DNA of 47,135 nt, taken from the IMG/VR virus record IMGVR_UViG_2541047877_000007; one strand, written 5' to 3'. Of this stretch, positions 35,858 to 43,024 are shown piece by piece; within the stretch, counting starts at the first letter, position 1, and every line of letters begins with the position of its first letter. The notes under the pieces were generated by a model that did no database searches, was not told the DNA's origin, and was given only the letters and a program-made list of their open reading frames with translations. Source of the stretch: a virus. Its lineage: Duplodnaviria; Heunggongvirae; Uroviricota; Caudoviricetes. The translations under genes and the position numbers were made by a program.

Positions 35858-35914
35858 AGCCTGCTTCTCCTTGCCTTTCGGCTCGTAAGAGGCTAACCTA
35901 CATGTGTCTAGCAT
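35702..35914 (-). CDS. mok: mok-like reading frame (N-terminally extended frame sharing the hok stop)
   Basis: In-frame ATG 57 nt upstream of the hok start, mirroring recalled chromosomal mok/hok annotation. Confidence 0.5.
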   Translation of the reverse strand: MLDTCRLASYEPKGKEKQAMKQQKAMLIALIVICLTVIVTALVTRKDLCEVRIRTGQTEVAVFTAYEPEE

Positions 35915-35960
35915 GAAATTGGCCTCAGATTAATGTTAAGCGTCTTGCAGGACGCGTAAT
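35860..35960 (+). ncRNA. sok: expected position of a Sok-like antisense RNA (approximate)
   Basis: Inferred only from hok/mok organisation; ends and promoter not identified. Confidence 0.25.
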
Positions 35961-36531
35961 GTTAACTGGGGCTTTTCTCTATCTGCCTTTGGTGTTCATG
36001 CCCGAGGCAGATAGCCTCAAGCACCCGCAGCCATTCTACTTAACTACCGTTACCTCGCCAATATGAAATCAGTCAGAAAGGCGATCCATAAGAACAATAG
36101 CAAGACAATAAATCGCCATTACAGCCGTAATAGCCAGCGCACATTTGAGAACCAGCACCACAACCTCCTGTATTGGACGTAGACCAGTCCTGATGAATAT
36201 GAGGCTGTCTCGTCAGTGATTCAATACAACTATTGGGTATAGTTTCTCTGATTTTTTCTGTGGAAATGGGGCACAACCACTAGTCACCACCAGCACTTCT
36301 TTTAATACGCAAAGTCCGACACAAGCTAACCTTCTAGTCCGCTTTGAGCGAAAAACAGCCATAATTTAGTGCCACGTATATAATGATAGAGCTATTCAAG
36401 CTAGCAATTCACATGTAAAAATTCAGAGGGTAGAAGCACATAGTTATAAATGTTGGCTCCATCGACAAATTGCGGTCTCAAGTACATTTATTAATGTTGC
36501 CCCCGCATTAACAAATCATCAAGGTGACGAC

Positions 36532-38319
36532 ATGGACGATATTAATATCAGCCTCGACGAACTTAACACTATTGATTTATCCCCCTTAATCCAGAGTAAG
36601 CTGCCAGTTACCTGCTTTGATATCACAAAGTATCTTTCTAGCCTAGGTGATGGAAGAGCGGAGATAAGACTGCTAACCCATATTTGCGGTTTTCACTTTC
36701 GTCCCGAAAATCCACAGGTACCATTTGGTCCGTGCTTTCAAAGCAGCCAAGGTAGATCTGCAATTCCGGATGACATTAACGGGTTGTCGCTGGAGGTACT
36801 TTCTCAATTTTGCCCGACGATAGAGCTACCCGAACTTCAAGCTCGTATTGCTGATACACTTTGGGTTCGTAAAATTGGTGGAATCCGTTTTCCTTTGCTG
36901 GCAGTCCGTGCTTATTATGCGTCCAGTATAGCTATTATGACATCGCAAGGGACGTGGGTTAGTGCTTTAGAACGCCTAGAGCGTGCGCTTAGGCTGTGTT
37001 GTTTTTTTCGAAAGAATACTGATTTCAGGGATGAATTTGATCAGCTTTCGGCACATCTACTAGCAGAGTATGAACGTACCAGAGAACAAGGCGATTCACC
37101 TTATCCGCTGCGACTCCTGCAACTCGATATCGACTGTAAAGTGAGTGAGCCATCTTTTATTGCCCAGGAACTCCTGTTTCTGACAAAAAACTATCTGGCT
37201 CAAAAATTATTTTCATTTGCCGTCGATGCCTGTAAAACCGCAATCACGATTGCGAATAGGTGCTGTGACAGAGATACACAGTTTGAATTCTGGCGGCTTC
37301 TTGCCGATACACATCTGGAAGAGTCAAAATTCCAAGATGGCGGTATGATTTCGGCAGCCTGCATGCAGAATGCTATTGAAGCACTGGCTAATATTCCAGG
37401 AACCCGAATAGAACGTCTTGCGCTGTATGAAGAAATGCGTGATTACCAAATCGAATCCCGTCACCAGATGTCTATCCTTCAGTCTCCCCCTCAAGATATT
37501 AGTGAGATTGTCCATCAAGCCAAGAGTCGGGTAGTCGGAAGAGATATGTTTGATATGGTTTTCAGACTTGCGATGCTGGTCTGTCGGCCAACCAGCATTG
37601 AGAGACTTAAGGCTCAAGCAATAGAACAAAAGGCCAACAGCATAGCTTGGATGTTTGGATCAACACATATTGATCATGAGGGAATGACACTTGCTCGCAT
37701 ACCCGCAGGATTGGGGATTGATGATGCAAATGGGGCAGTTATTTGGCCCATAATGATGACGAGAATGCGTATCGACCATGAGTTGGCAGTAGCTGGGCAA
37801 ATTATTCCTGCTACAGATGAGATCACAATGAAATATCCAATCTCGGAGGCGTTTTTTCGCGATATGTTCATCAATCATCCCTTCATCCCGTTTGGGCATG
37901 AAGAGTTTTTCATCAAGGGTATGGTTTGCGGTTTCAATGGAGATTTTATGACGGCATGCCACGTGTTGATTCCCCAGATCGAAAATAGTCTGAGATATGT
38001 GGCTAAAATTAAAGGTGAGGAACCATCGCAGCTTCACGGGGACGGTTCGCAAGAGCGAAATGGACTCAAGGGATTACTAGATAATCCACTGATTATTGAA
38101 GCTTTCGGCGTAGACATAATTGGCAATCTTCAGGCCTTACTGGTAGATAAAATCTATGGTGATTTACGAAATCAACTAGCTCACGGATATGTGCCTGCCG
38201 GTTACTACAATCAACCTCCCTGCATTTTTGCATGGTGGCTTGTATTGCACATTCTAATGAACCCTACGGCGAGATACTGGCAAGCCACTTATGGCCAAGA
38301 GAGTGAGGCTCAGACTTAA
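36532..38319 (+). CDS. orphan 595-aa protein with C-terminal HEPN-like R-N-x-x-x-H motif
   Basis: AAGGTGA RBS 4 nt upstream of ATG; motif DLRNQLAHG at residues 544-552 (38161-38187); visibly lower GC than flanking phage genes; no other family motif recognised by eye. Confidence 0.8.
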   Translation: MDDINISLDELNTIDLSPLIQSKLPVTCFDITKYLSSLGDGRAEIRLLTHICGFHFRPENPQVPFGPCFQSSQGRSAIPDDINGLSLEVLSQFCPTIELPELQARIADTLWVRKIGGIRFPLLAVRAYYASSIAIMTSQGTWVSALERLERALRLCCFFRKNTDFRDEFDQLSAHLLAEYERTREQGDSPYPLRLLQLDIDCKVSEPSFIAQELLFLTKNYLAQKLFSFAVDACKTAITIANRCCDRDTQFEFWRLLADTHLEESKFQDGGMISAACMQNAIEALANIPGTRIERLALYEEMRDYQIESRHQMSILQSPPQDISEIVHQAKSRVVGRDMFDMVFRLAMLVCRPTSIERLKAQAIEQKANSIAWMFGSTHIDHEGMTLARIPAGLGIDDANGAVIWPIMMTRMRIDHELAVAGQIIPATDEITMKYPISEAFFRDMFINHPFIPFGHEEFFIKGMVCGFNGDFMTACHVLIPQIENSLRYVAKIKGEEPSQLHGDGSQERNGLKGLLDNPLIIEAFGVDIIGNLQALLVDKIYGDLRNQLAHGYVPAGYYNQPPCIFAWWLVLHILMNPTARYWQATYGQESEAQT

Positions 38320-38416
38320 AGTGAATAAGTTTACGAAGTTGGCACTTCCGGATGCATGTCCATATGAGTTGAGGCGATTTGGTTAATAAGGTTGAGTGCT
38401 GCTGAAATTATTCGAT

Positions 38417-38440
38417 GTCCGCTTTTGGCACAAAGCGGAC
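38417..38440. terminator. hairpin between convergent genes (possible bidirectional terminator)
   Basis: 9-bp perfect stem gtccgcttt / aaagcggac with 6-nt loop, between the 595-aa ORF and the minus-strand 133-aa ORF. Confidence 0.45.
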
Positions 38441-38537
38441 AACCACGCCAGATCTACCCTGTGCCATGAAAAATGAGAATGTCAATTCACTCCTGAACTA
38501 ATGCTTTTTAATCTAGTAACGTCTAAAATACCTAACA

Positions 38538-38939
38538 TTATCCCTGATAAAATGCCAGTATGCGCTGCATAACTTCACTCATCCGGCACTCGCGACAGAT
38601 TATGTTTAGGCGACTGTCGTAGCGACGTATTTCTCCATCAGGTAACGACCAGATAAGGTCCGGATCAACCACAGCTGTTTTCTTCACCTTTGCCCTCGAG
38701 AGTTTTTTGCGGGCGTTTTGCCAGTCCTTACGCGCCTGTTCAGACGGGAATAACCCGTAGCCGGAGTTGTATACATCGCCACTGGCTACCAGCTCTCTGG
38801 CAAGAACGCTCATCAGATATCTAGTCGCACCTGTTTTAGCTTCCAGTTGCCGTAACGTCTCACGACCGCTCTGGCGCACGAGTTCCACCACCTGCCCTTT
38901 AATTTTTTCCCGCTCTTCTTGTGTAAAAACTTTTGCCAC
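38538..38939 (-). CDS. hypothetical protein downstream of the replication initiator
   Basis: 133-aa ORF, basic, no motif recognised. Confidence 0.45.
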   Translation of the reverse strand: MAKVFTQEEREKIKGQVVELVRQSGRETLRQLEAKTGATRYLMSVLARELVASGDVYNSGYGLFPSEQARKDWQNARKKLSRAKVKKTAVVDPDLIWSLPDGEIRRYDSRLNIICRECRMSEVMQRILAFYQG

Positions 38940-38979
38940 AAGTCCCCCTTAAAATTACCTCATGACCTGAAATCAAAAC

Positions 38980-39999
38980 TTATCCTCTGAAACCAGGCGG
39001 AATTTCTGTATCCGGTTCAGAAATATGATTAACACAACGCTGTACAGGTGAACGCCCCAGGCGGATGACCAGTTCGTCCCATTTTTCGCGGAGCTTTGAC
39101 GGGCTCATGATGTTTTTTACCCAGAATGGATCCCGCTGTACCCGACCAAACATTTCACAAATTTGTCTGTGGCTTCTGCCATCCAGCATCCGCATTGTGC
39201 GCACATCATTGGCCCAGACAGTCCAGTTAGGCTCTTTTGGTCGCATGATCTCGCCATCATCACTGGCGGCCTGTTCGTAGAGACCCACGATCCGCCCCCA
39301 TATCCACTGCGCACACGCCAGATCCTCCTGGCTACCCCACTGGCGTTTTTTCGCACTAAACACAACTGCGCCAGGGTGCCGGATTAAAAAATCCTGTTCA
39401 GCCGTCTGCGGGTCCGGTTGCGAAGCTTCCGGACGAAAAGTGTTTTTATTCTCTGTAGTAATCTCTGTTGTATTCTCTGTAGGATCATCGGGCCATTTTG
39501 ACCCGATGACATTGGGTCGTTTTGAACCAATGGAGCGTTTCATTTTGACCTCTTCCATCGTGTCATTTTGACCTGATGGAGCGGCGCATTTTGAACCGAT
39601 GGATTCGCTCAATTTGCCATCATCTAAAAGCTCGCTTCCATAGTTAATCGTGTAGAAATTGGTCATATCGCGCTTTGATTTATTGAGCTTTTCACAACGC
39701 AAAAGCCCCAGCGTTTTCAGACTTGCAAACGCGCGCTTTAACGTTGACTCTGACCAGAATGGGAACTGTTCCAGCCATTGTTCCGTTGTGTTGTAAATCC
39801 AGCGAACACCATCACATTCCATGCCGGAATTGGTATCTCTCAACCAGTAATGCAACTGCTGCAACACAATGGCTTCATTTAAGCCAATCTTCATCGCAAG
39901 CTGTGTGTTTATAACCAGTGGGCGTTCAGCAAAAAGAAGGCTCATAATTCCATCCAGCTTTTTGTTGGTATTGCTGTCGATACGCAAGTTTGAAAGCAA
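38980..39999 (-). CDS. replication initiator (lambda O-like role) containing the origin iterons
   Basis: 339 aa; the gene carries an internal array of direct DNA repeats encoding a repetitive linker (SIGSK.. repeats); start codon uncertain (internal ATG at 39945 also possible). Confidence 0.7.
   Translation of the reverse strand: MLSNLRIDSNTNKKLDGIMSLLFAERPLVINTQLAMKIGLNEAIVLQQLHYWLRDTNSGMECDGVRWIYNTTEQWLEQFPFWSESTLKRAFASLKTLGLLRCEKLNKSKRDMTNFYTINYGSELLDDGKLSESIGSKCAAPSGQNDTMEEVKMKRSIGSKRPNVIGSKWPDDPTENTTEITTENKNTFRPEASQPDPQTAEQDFLIRHPGAVVFSAKKRQWGSQEDLACAQWIWGRIVGLYEQAASDDGEIMRPKEPNWTVWANDVRTMRMLDGRSHRQICEMFGRVQRDPFWVKNIMSPSKLREKWDELVIRLGRSPVQRCVNHISEPDTEIPPGFRG
39455..39625. repeat. candidate replication origin: iteron array inside the initiator gene
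   Basis: Five to six copies of c(a/g)ttttga(a/c)c-N-gatgga at about 23-bp spacing (39494-39610), preceded by three copies of tctctgt(a/t)g. Confidence 0.6.
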
Positions 40000-40447
40000 T
40001 TGCTTTTTCTATAAGTTCGTCAGTTTCACGATCCACTACGGCAGGATCAGCAAAAAGCAGTCCGGACTCCACCACATCGCCATATTCTTTGTTTAACCCG
40101 GCGATCATGTACGTGATGCTTTTTCCGTCACTAATTTCACGATACAACCTGAAATCATTAATCCGGATAGCCTCCATAATTGCAGGCACTAGCGCCGTGA
40201 ACTTTTCACGCTTATCCCTGGTGTCGATAGCCTTCCAGCGTTCGAATATCTTCACTCGATTAACGCCAAGCGCTCGCTGATCAACCGCGCCACCTTCATC
40301 TGTGACACGCTGAACATCGATGTTCGGGCGCTCTTTCAAAGCCCAGAATGCTTCAGTGATTAATATCGTCGCCTGCTCCTGTGTCATTCCTGGTCGACAT
40401 ATCCAGGCATCCAGAGCCTCACGAGCCTGTTCAGGAGTGATTTTCAT
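39926..40447 (-). CDS. YdaT-like early protein
   Basis: 173-aa ORF downstream of the Cro-like gene; resemblance to Rac YdaT is recalled only loosely. Confidence 0.45.
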   Translation of the reverse strand: MKITPEQAREALDAWICRPGMTQEQATILITEAFWALKERPNIDVQRVTDEGGAVDQRALGVNRVKIFERWKAIDTRDKREKFTALVPAIMEAIRINDFRLYREISDGKSITYMIAGLNKEYGDVVESGLLFADPAVVDRETDELIEKAIAFKLAYRQQYQQKAGWNYEPSFC

Positions 40448-40658
40448 TGTTCAACCGCCCCGCCCGCTTCGTCTTACGATATTCGTCATAAACCTTGGGA
40501 TCATACAGAAGCTCGCCGCCAGATGCCTCCTGTAGACGCATCGCGCGACCTTCAGGAACCAGCTCTTGCCATTGAGAAACAGCAGATGGGTCAACGCCAG
40601 CAGCTTTCGCTACTTTGGCTTTCGTACCGTAAAAATTAATTACGTCTGATTTAAACAT
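40431..40658 (-). CDS. Cro/YdaS-like HTH regulator
   Basis: 75 aa from ATG 40658; HTH-like segment (GTKAKVAKAAGVDPSAVSQW); divergent from the repressor gene; the track start at 40685 is a TTG. Confidence 0.65.
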   Translation of the reverse strand: MFKSDVINFYGTKAKVAKAAGVDPSAVSQWQELVPEGRAMRLQEASGGELLYDPKVYDEYRKTKRAGRLNNENHS

Positions 40659-40670
40659 CGCACCTCCAGT

Positions 40671-40686
40671 ATTGAGTTTTCTCAAT
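40671..40686. promoter_or_regulatory. candidate operator palindrome in the repressor/cro divergent region
   Basis: attgagttttctcaat (TTGAG-N4-CTCAA) at the start of the repressor ORF; tcaag/tcaagg direct repeats just downstream. Confidence 0.4.
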
Positions 40687-41143
40687 GCTAATCACTCAAG
40701 GAATCTCAAGTCAAGGGTTATTAAGATATCTAAATATGAACGAGAAAACTTTAGGTCAACGCATTAGAGAAAGACGTAAGCAGGTAGGTTTAAGTCAAAA
40801 CGGTTTAAGCAAAGCTGCTGGCGTATCTGGCTCATCAATTTCATTATGGGAAAGTGACCATACAGCCCCGCGCGGGCAAAATTTGCATCGCCTCGCCGAG
40901 GTATTGCAATGTTCACCAACCTGGATACTGTTTGGCGACGAGGACAAAACACCAGCTCCCCCTGTTTCACTCGATAGTGCCTTAGACTTATCGGAAGATG
41001 AGTTAGAGATGCTGCGTTTGTATCGCGCACTTCCTAAATCAGAGCAACAAGCACAACTCAGCGAACTCCGCGCCCGCGTTGAGAATTTTAATCGCCTGTT
41101 CACCGAGCTATTAGAGGCTCGCAAACGCAACAAGCATCAATAA
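40685..41143 (+). CDS. XRE-family prophage repressor (CI/RacR-like)
   Basis: 152 aa with XRE-type HTH (LSQNGLSKAAGVSGSSISLWES); alternative start at ATG 40736. Confidence 0.75.
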   Translation: MLITQGISSQGLLRYLNMNEKTLGQRIRERRKQVGLSQNGLSKAAGVSGSSISLWESDHTAPRGQNLHRLAEVLQCSPTWILFGDEDKTPAPPVSLDSALDLSEDELEMLRLYRALPKSEQQAQLSELRARVENFNRLFTELLEARKRNKHQ

Positions 41144-41335
41144 TCATCCCTTCACAAAATTTTAAAGCCTTACATTTCAATGTATTGGCTTTATCTTGCG
41201 CCAATACTTGAGTTTTCTCATCAAAAAGCCTTGACGAAAAATAATGAGAAAACTAAATTACCTCCATCAACACACCGCACGGTGTTCTCAGCAAACAGTT
41301 CCGCTACCCCGGCGTTAAGGGGAAATGAGGTCAGC

Positions 41336-41491
41336 ATGGATACTATCGATCTTGGCAACAACGAATCTCTGGTGTACGGCGTGTTTCCAAACCAGGACGG
41401 CACGTTCACCGCAATGACGTATACCAAAAGCAAAACGTTTAAAACCGAAAATGGTGCCCGTCGCTGGCTGGAAAGAAACTCAGGTGAGTGA
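41336..41491 (+). CDS. small protein (YdaF-like), 51 aa
   Basis: MDTIDLGNNESLVYGVFPNQDGTFTAMTYTKSKTFKTENGARRWLERNSGE from ATG 41336 inside a longer track ORF. Confidence 0.5.
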   Translation: MDTIDLGNNESLVYGVFPNQDGTFTAMTYTKSKTFKTENGARRWLERNSGE

Positions 41492-41492
41492 T

Positions 41493-42068
41493 ATGGATTT
41501 CGACACAATCATGGAAAAGGCTTACGAAGAATACTTCGAAGGCCTTGCCGAAGGCGAAGAAGCTCTCAGCTTCAGTGAGTTTAAACAGGCACTCAGAATA
41601 AGAATGCGCTCTCACAATGACGCGGAGCACAAATATGAGAAGCAAAATCAGACCGCAGAAAATTTTGTTCTGGAACCCGGAGAAACGCTTTTCAAAATTC
41701 CCGTTACGTGCCCCATTTGCGGTTTTACATCAGAAGAACTTGACGACTCCTGTAACAATCAGGAAACAACCAAGTATGTCGAAGATGATACCGAGTGCGC
41801 ACGAAGAACGATTATATCCACGAGTCCAAACTCCAGGACCAATAAATCTCACTTTGAGAGGGTGATTAATCCACTCCCCCAAACCAATAAAAAAGATGCC
41901 GGAGGACAAAAAAACCAATGGAACAACGGGATATCTGTCAAAAAAAGACGTTCCATTAAAGACAAACAACGCAGCGCCAACAACTGTAAGCGCTTTATAC
42001 CAGTAATCAATTTTCATGTTCTTAAGCGGATTTATTGGTGGTTGCGACATTGCTTAATGAATCCTTAA
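41493..42068 (+). CDS. ORF of 191 aa with a CPICG motif; reality of the C-terminal two-thirds uncertain
   Basis: Starts 2 nt after the previous stop; the downstream part is low-complexity and is fully overlapped antisense by a membrane-protein ORF. Confidence 0.35.
   Translation: MDFDTIMEKAYEEYFEGLAEGEEALSFSEFKQALRIRMRSHNDAEHKYEKQNQTAENFVLEPGETLFKIPVTCPICGFTSEELDDSCNNQETTKYVEDDTECARRTIISTSPNSRTNKSHFERVINPLPQTNKKDAGGQKNQWNNGISVKKRRSIKDKQRSANNCKRFIPVINFHVLKRIYWWLRHCLMNP
41730..42050 (-). CDS. three-TM membrane protein (possible superinfection-exclusion or kil-type function)
   Basis: 106 aa with three clear hydrophobic helices; antisense to 41493-42068. Confidence 0.45.
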   Translation of the reverse strand: MSQPPINPLKNMKIDYWYKALTVVGAALFVFNGTSFFDRYPVVPLVFLSSGIFFIGLGEWINHPLKVRFIGPGVWTRGYNRSSCALGIIFDILGCFLIVTGVVKFF

Positions 42069-42554
42069 AACTGTGGTGATTTTAAGGATACCACCTCGCC
42101 TGACGTGGTTAAAAGCAGGCACACAACACGAAAGCGCACGGCGAAGTTCGTCTCACTGTACGGTGTCGTCAAATTTAATTCGACCGTGCGCTTCCGGTTG
42201 TGGCAACCCGCGAAATGGCGCGGCGATAAGTATGGCGGGGTTATTCCTTCCCCGTTGAGGACACCGAGTTGTCAGGTTGACCATACGCTTAAGCGACAAC
42301 CCCGCTGCAACGCCCTCTGTTATCAATTTTCTGGTGACGTTTGGCGGTATCAGTTTTACTCCGTGACTGCTCTGCCGCCGTTTTTAAAGTGAATTTTGTG
42401 ATGCGGTGAATGCGGCTAAGCGCACGCGGAACAGTTAAAACCAAAAACAGTGTTATGGGTGGATTCTCTGTATCCGGCGTTAATTGTTAACTGGTTAACG
42501 TCACCTGGAGGCACCAGGCACTGCATCACAAAATTCATTGTTGAGGACGCGATA

Positions 42555-42743
42555 ATGAAAACGTTATTACCAAACGTTAATACGTCTGAAGGTTGTTTTG
42601 AAATTGGTGTCACTATCAGTAACCCTGTATTTACTGAAGATGCCATTAACAAGAGAAAACAAGAACGGGAGCTATTAAATAAAATATGCATTGTTTCAAT
42701 GCTGGCTCGTTTACGTCTGATGCCAAAAGGATGTGCACAATGA
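42555..42743 (+). CDS. kilR: KilR-like small protein
   Basis: 62 aa MKTLLPNVNTSEGCFEIGVTISNPVFTEDAINKRKQERELLNKICIVSMLARLRLMPKGCAQ; symbol from recalled Rac gene, not searched. Confidence 0.5.
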   Translation: MKTLLPNVNTSEGCFEIGVTISNPVFTEDAINKRKQERELLNKICIVSMLARLRLMPKGCAQ

Positions 42744-42931
42744 ATTCAGCATTTGCGCTTGTTCTGACAGTTTTTCTTGTTTCCGGAGAGCCAGTTGATA
42801 TTGCAGTCAGTGTTCACAGGACAATGCAGGAGTGTATGACTGCAGCAACCGAACAGAAAATTCCCGGTAACTGTTACCCGGTCGATAAAGTTATTCACCA
42901 GTATAATATCGAAATCCCGGCAGGTCTTTAA
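42740..42931 (+). CDS. YdaE-like small protein
   Basis: 63 aa with signal-like N-terminus; ATGA overlap with the preceding stop. Confidence 0.45.
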   Translation: MNSAFALVLTVFLVSGEPVDIAVSVHRTMQECMTAATEQKIPGNCYPVDKVIHQYNIEIPAGL

Positions 42932-43024
42932 AACAGTTCCGTAATAAATATCCGGTTTCATTCTTATATGCCAGCAATGGCAGGGATTTGTTCATCCTTA
43001 AATCTGTCATGAGGTTAAAACAAA

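Noticed and set aside
36073-36276. 67-aa minus-strand ORF with Cys/Gly-rich C-terminus upstream of hok (possible small toxin or bacteriocin-like peptide)
   Set aside because: No RBS found, the region is expected to hold the hok promoter and leader, and a 39-aa plus-strand ORF competes for the same DNA; left as unsupported.
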